64,000 nucleotides of DNA, taken from the NCBI GenBank assembly GCA_035776755.1, contig DASTWS010000014.1:2405-66404 (forward strand), read 5' to 3'. The notes below the pieces were generated by a model that was not told where the DNA came from, did no database searches, and was given only the letters and a program-made list of their open reading frames with translations. This DNA is from Verrucomicrobiia bacterium. Lineage in GTDB: Bacteria > Verrucomicrobiota > Verrucomicrobiia > Limisphaerales > UBA11358. Each line of letters begins with the position of its first letter. The stretch's first letter is position 1. Below are positions 62,989-64,000 of the stretch, piece by piece. The translations under genes were made by a program, and so were the position numbers.

Positions 62989-64000
62989 GTGCATCTGGCT
63001 CATCTGCGACTTCGCGACTTCCGCAATTATCCGCGGTTGGACGCCGCTTTTGCGCCCGGCTTTCACCTGTTGCTGGGCGACAATGCCCAAGGCAAAACGA
63101 ATATCCTCGAAGCGATCTATCTCATGGCCACGCTGCGTTCCTTCCGCGGCGTCGGCAGTGCGCAAATGATTCGCCACGGTGCAAAGGGCTATTTCGTCGG
63201 CGGCAAAATCGTCGGCATCGGCGAACATGAAATCAAAATGTTCTGGTCCGCGCGTGAACGCCAATTATCGCTCGACGGCCAGCCGGTGAAAAAATTAACC
63301 GATTTTTTCGGAACACTGCGGACGGTGGTTTTTTGCACGGAAGATTTGCAACTGATCAAAGGCGCCGCCCGCGCGCGACGCCGTTTTCTCGATCTGCTGC
63401 TCGCGCAGACCAATCCCCTTTATCTTCCCCTGCTCCAGCGTTACATGCGCGCCGTTCGCGCAAGAAATGCTTTGCTCAAACAACGTTCCGCCGATGATGC
63501 CGCACTCGACAGTTTTTCGCAGGAACTTATCAAGCTTGGCGGACAACTCATTCGCCTGCGGCGCGAATTGATTCCAAAATTTTCGCCGCTGGCGCGATTG
63601 GCGTATCGCCGCATCTCCAACGATGCCGAGGAATTGCGCATCGAATACGCGCCGAGCGTGAAAAACGATTTTGCCGTGGAACTGGCGCAATCGCGTTTGC
63701 GTGAACGGACTTATCGTTCCACGCTCGTTGGGCCGCACCGCGATGATTTGCAATTGCTGCAAAACGAAAAGTCCGCCGCGCAATTCGGTAGCGAAGGTCA
63801 AAAGCGGACTTTGGCGATTGCGTTGAAAATGGCGCAGGCGGAATTTCTGGCCGGCGTTCACGGCAGCGCGCCGGTTTTGCTGATTGACGACGTGATGGGC
63901 GAATTGGATTTGAAACGGCGCAGCGGATTTTTGCCGCTGCTCGAATCCGCGCGAAAAACGAGCGGACAGGTTTTTATGACGGCGACGGAAGAAAACTGGC
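62989..64000 (+). CDS. recF: DNA replication and repair protein RecF (5' part; runs off the right edge)
   Basis: Not in the ORF track (GTG start, no stop in window). My translation from GTG 62989 is (M)HLAHLRLRDFRNYPRLDAAFAPGFHLLLGDNAQGKTNILEAIYLMATLRSFRG... (Walker A), later SEGQKRTLAIALKMAQAEFL and PVLLIDDVMGELDLKRR (signature / Walker B). Confidence 0.88.
   Translation, partial: MHLAHLRLRDFRNYPRLDAAFAPGFHLLLGDNAQGKTNILEAIYLMATLRSFRGVGSAQMIRHGAKGYFVGGKIVGIGEHEIKMFWSARERQLSLDGQPVKKLTDFFGTLRTVVFCTEDLQLIKGAARARRRFLDLLLAQTNPLYLPLLQRYMRAVRARNALLKQRSADDAALDSFSQELIKLGGQLIRLRRELIPKFSPLARLAYRRISNDAEELRIEYAPSVKNDFAVELAQSRLRERTYRSTLVGPHRDDLQLLQNEKSAAQFGSEGQKRTLAIALKMAQAEFLAGVHGSAPVLLIDDVMGELDLKRRSGFLPLLESARKTSGQVFMTATEENW

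Noticed and set aside
62977-63861. Minus-strand ORFs 62977..63264 and 63295..63861.
   Set aside because: The plus strand here encodes RecF with Walker A, signature and Walker B motifs starting at GTG 62989. The minus ORFs are antisense shadows.

Overview
This window reads as a chromosomal segment of a PVC-group bacterium, most likely Verrucomicrobiota. That placement is an inference from giant proteins built of autotransporter-associated beta-strand (PATR) repeats, prepilin-type N-terminus + H-X9-DG proteins, a PEP-CTERM protein, thrombospondin-type-3 Ca-binding repeats and mostly absent Shine-Dalgarno sequences. I call about 47 protein genes, one tRNA (Gly-UCC) and RNase P RNA. Housekeeping genes (carA, pyrC, rpoD, waaA, miaA, lgt, hemE/hemN/hemY, recF, rnpB) alternate with a large plant-cell-wall glycan degradation island. 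The island holds three tandem GH28 genes, a GH16-PATR fusion, a GH43 (subfamily-24-like), a GH106-like protein, a GH88, a PL4 rhamnogalacturonan lyase, a LacI regulator and a NarL-type two-component system. Three observations stand out. (1) Two long minus-strand operons (19665->9170 and 36825->25915) share one layout: a ~1200-aa LamG/Ig giant, then a dedicated H-X9-DG pseudopilin-like gene, then enzymes. (2) Four secreted proteins end in a 60-aa C-terminal module that aligns without gaps (W-P-x-D-H-x-G-W ... Q-T-N ... G-L-G-[TS]-N-W ... F-[FY]-R-L-x-[YH]-P), and two more carry a degenerate version. (3) A 22-nt palindromic motif, 20/22 identical, lies 68 and 69 nt upstream of the two genes that flank the two-component system. 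I saw no transposase, integrase, CRISPR array or recognisable defence gene. All family calls come from motif recognition by eye. No HMM, BLAST or structure search was run, so family names are hypotheses graded by confidence.
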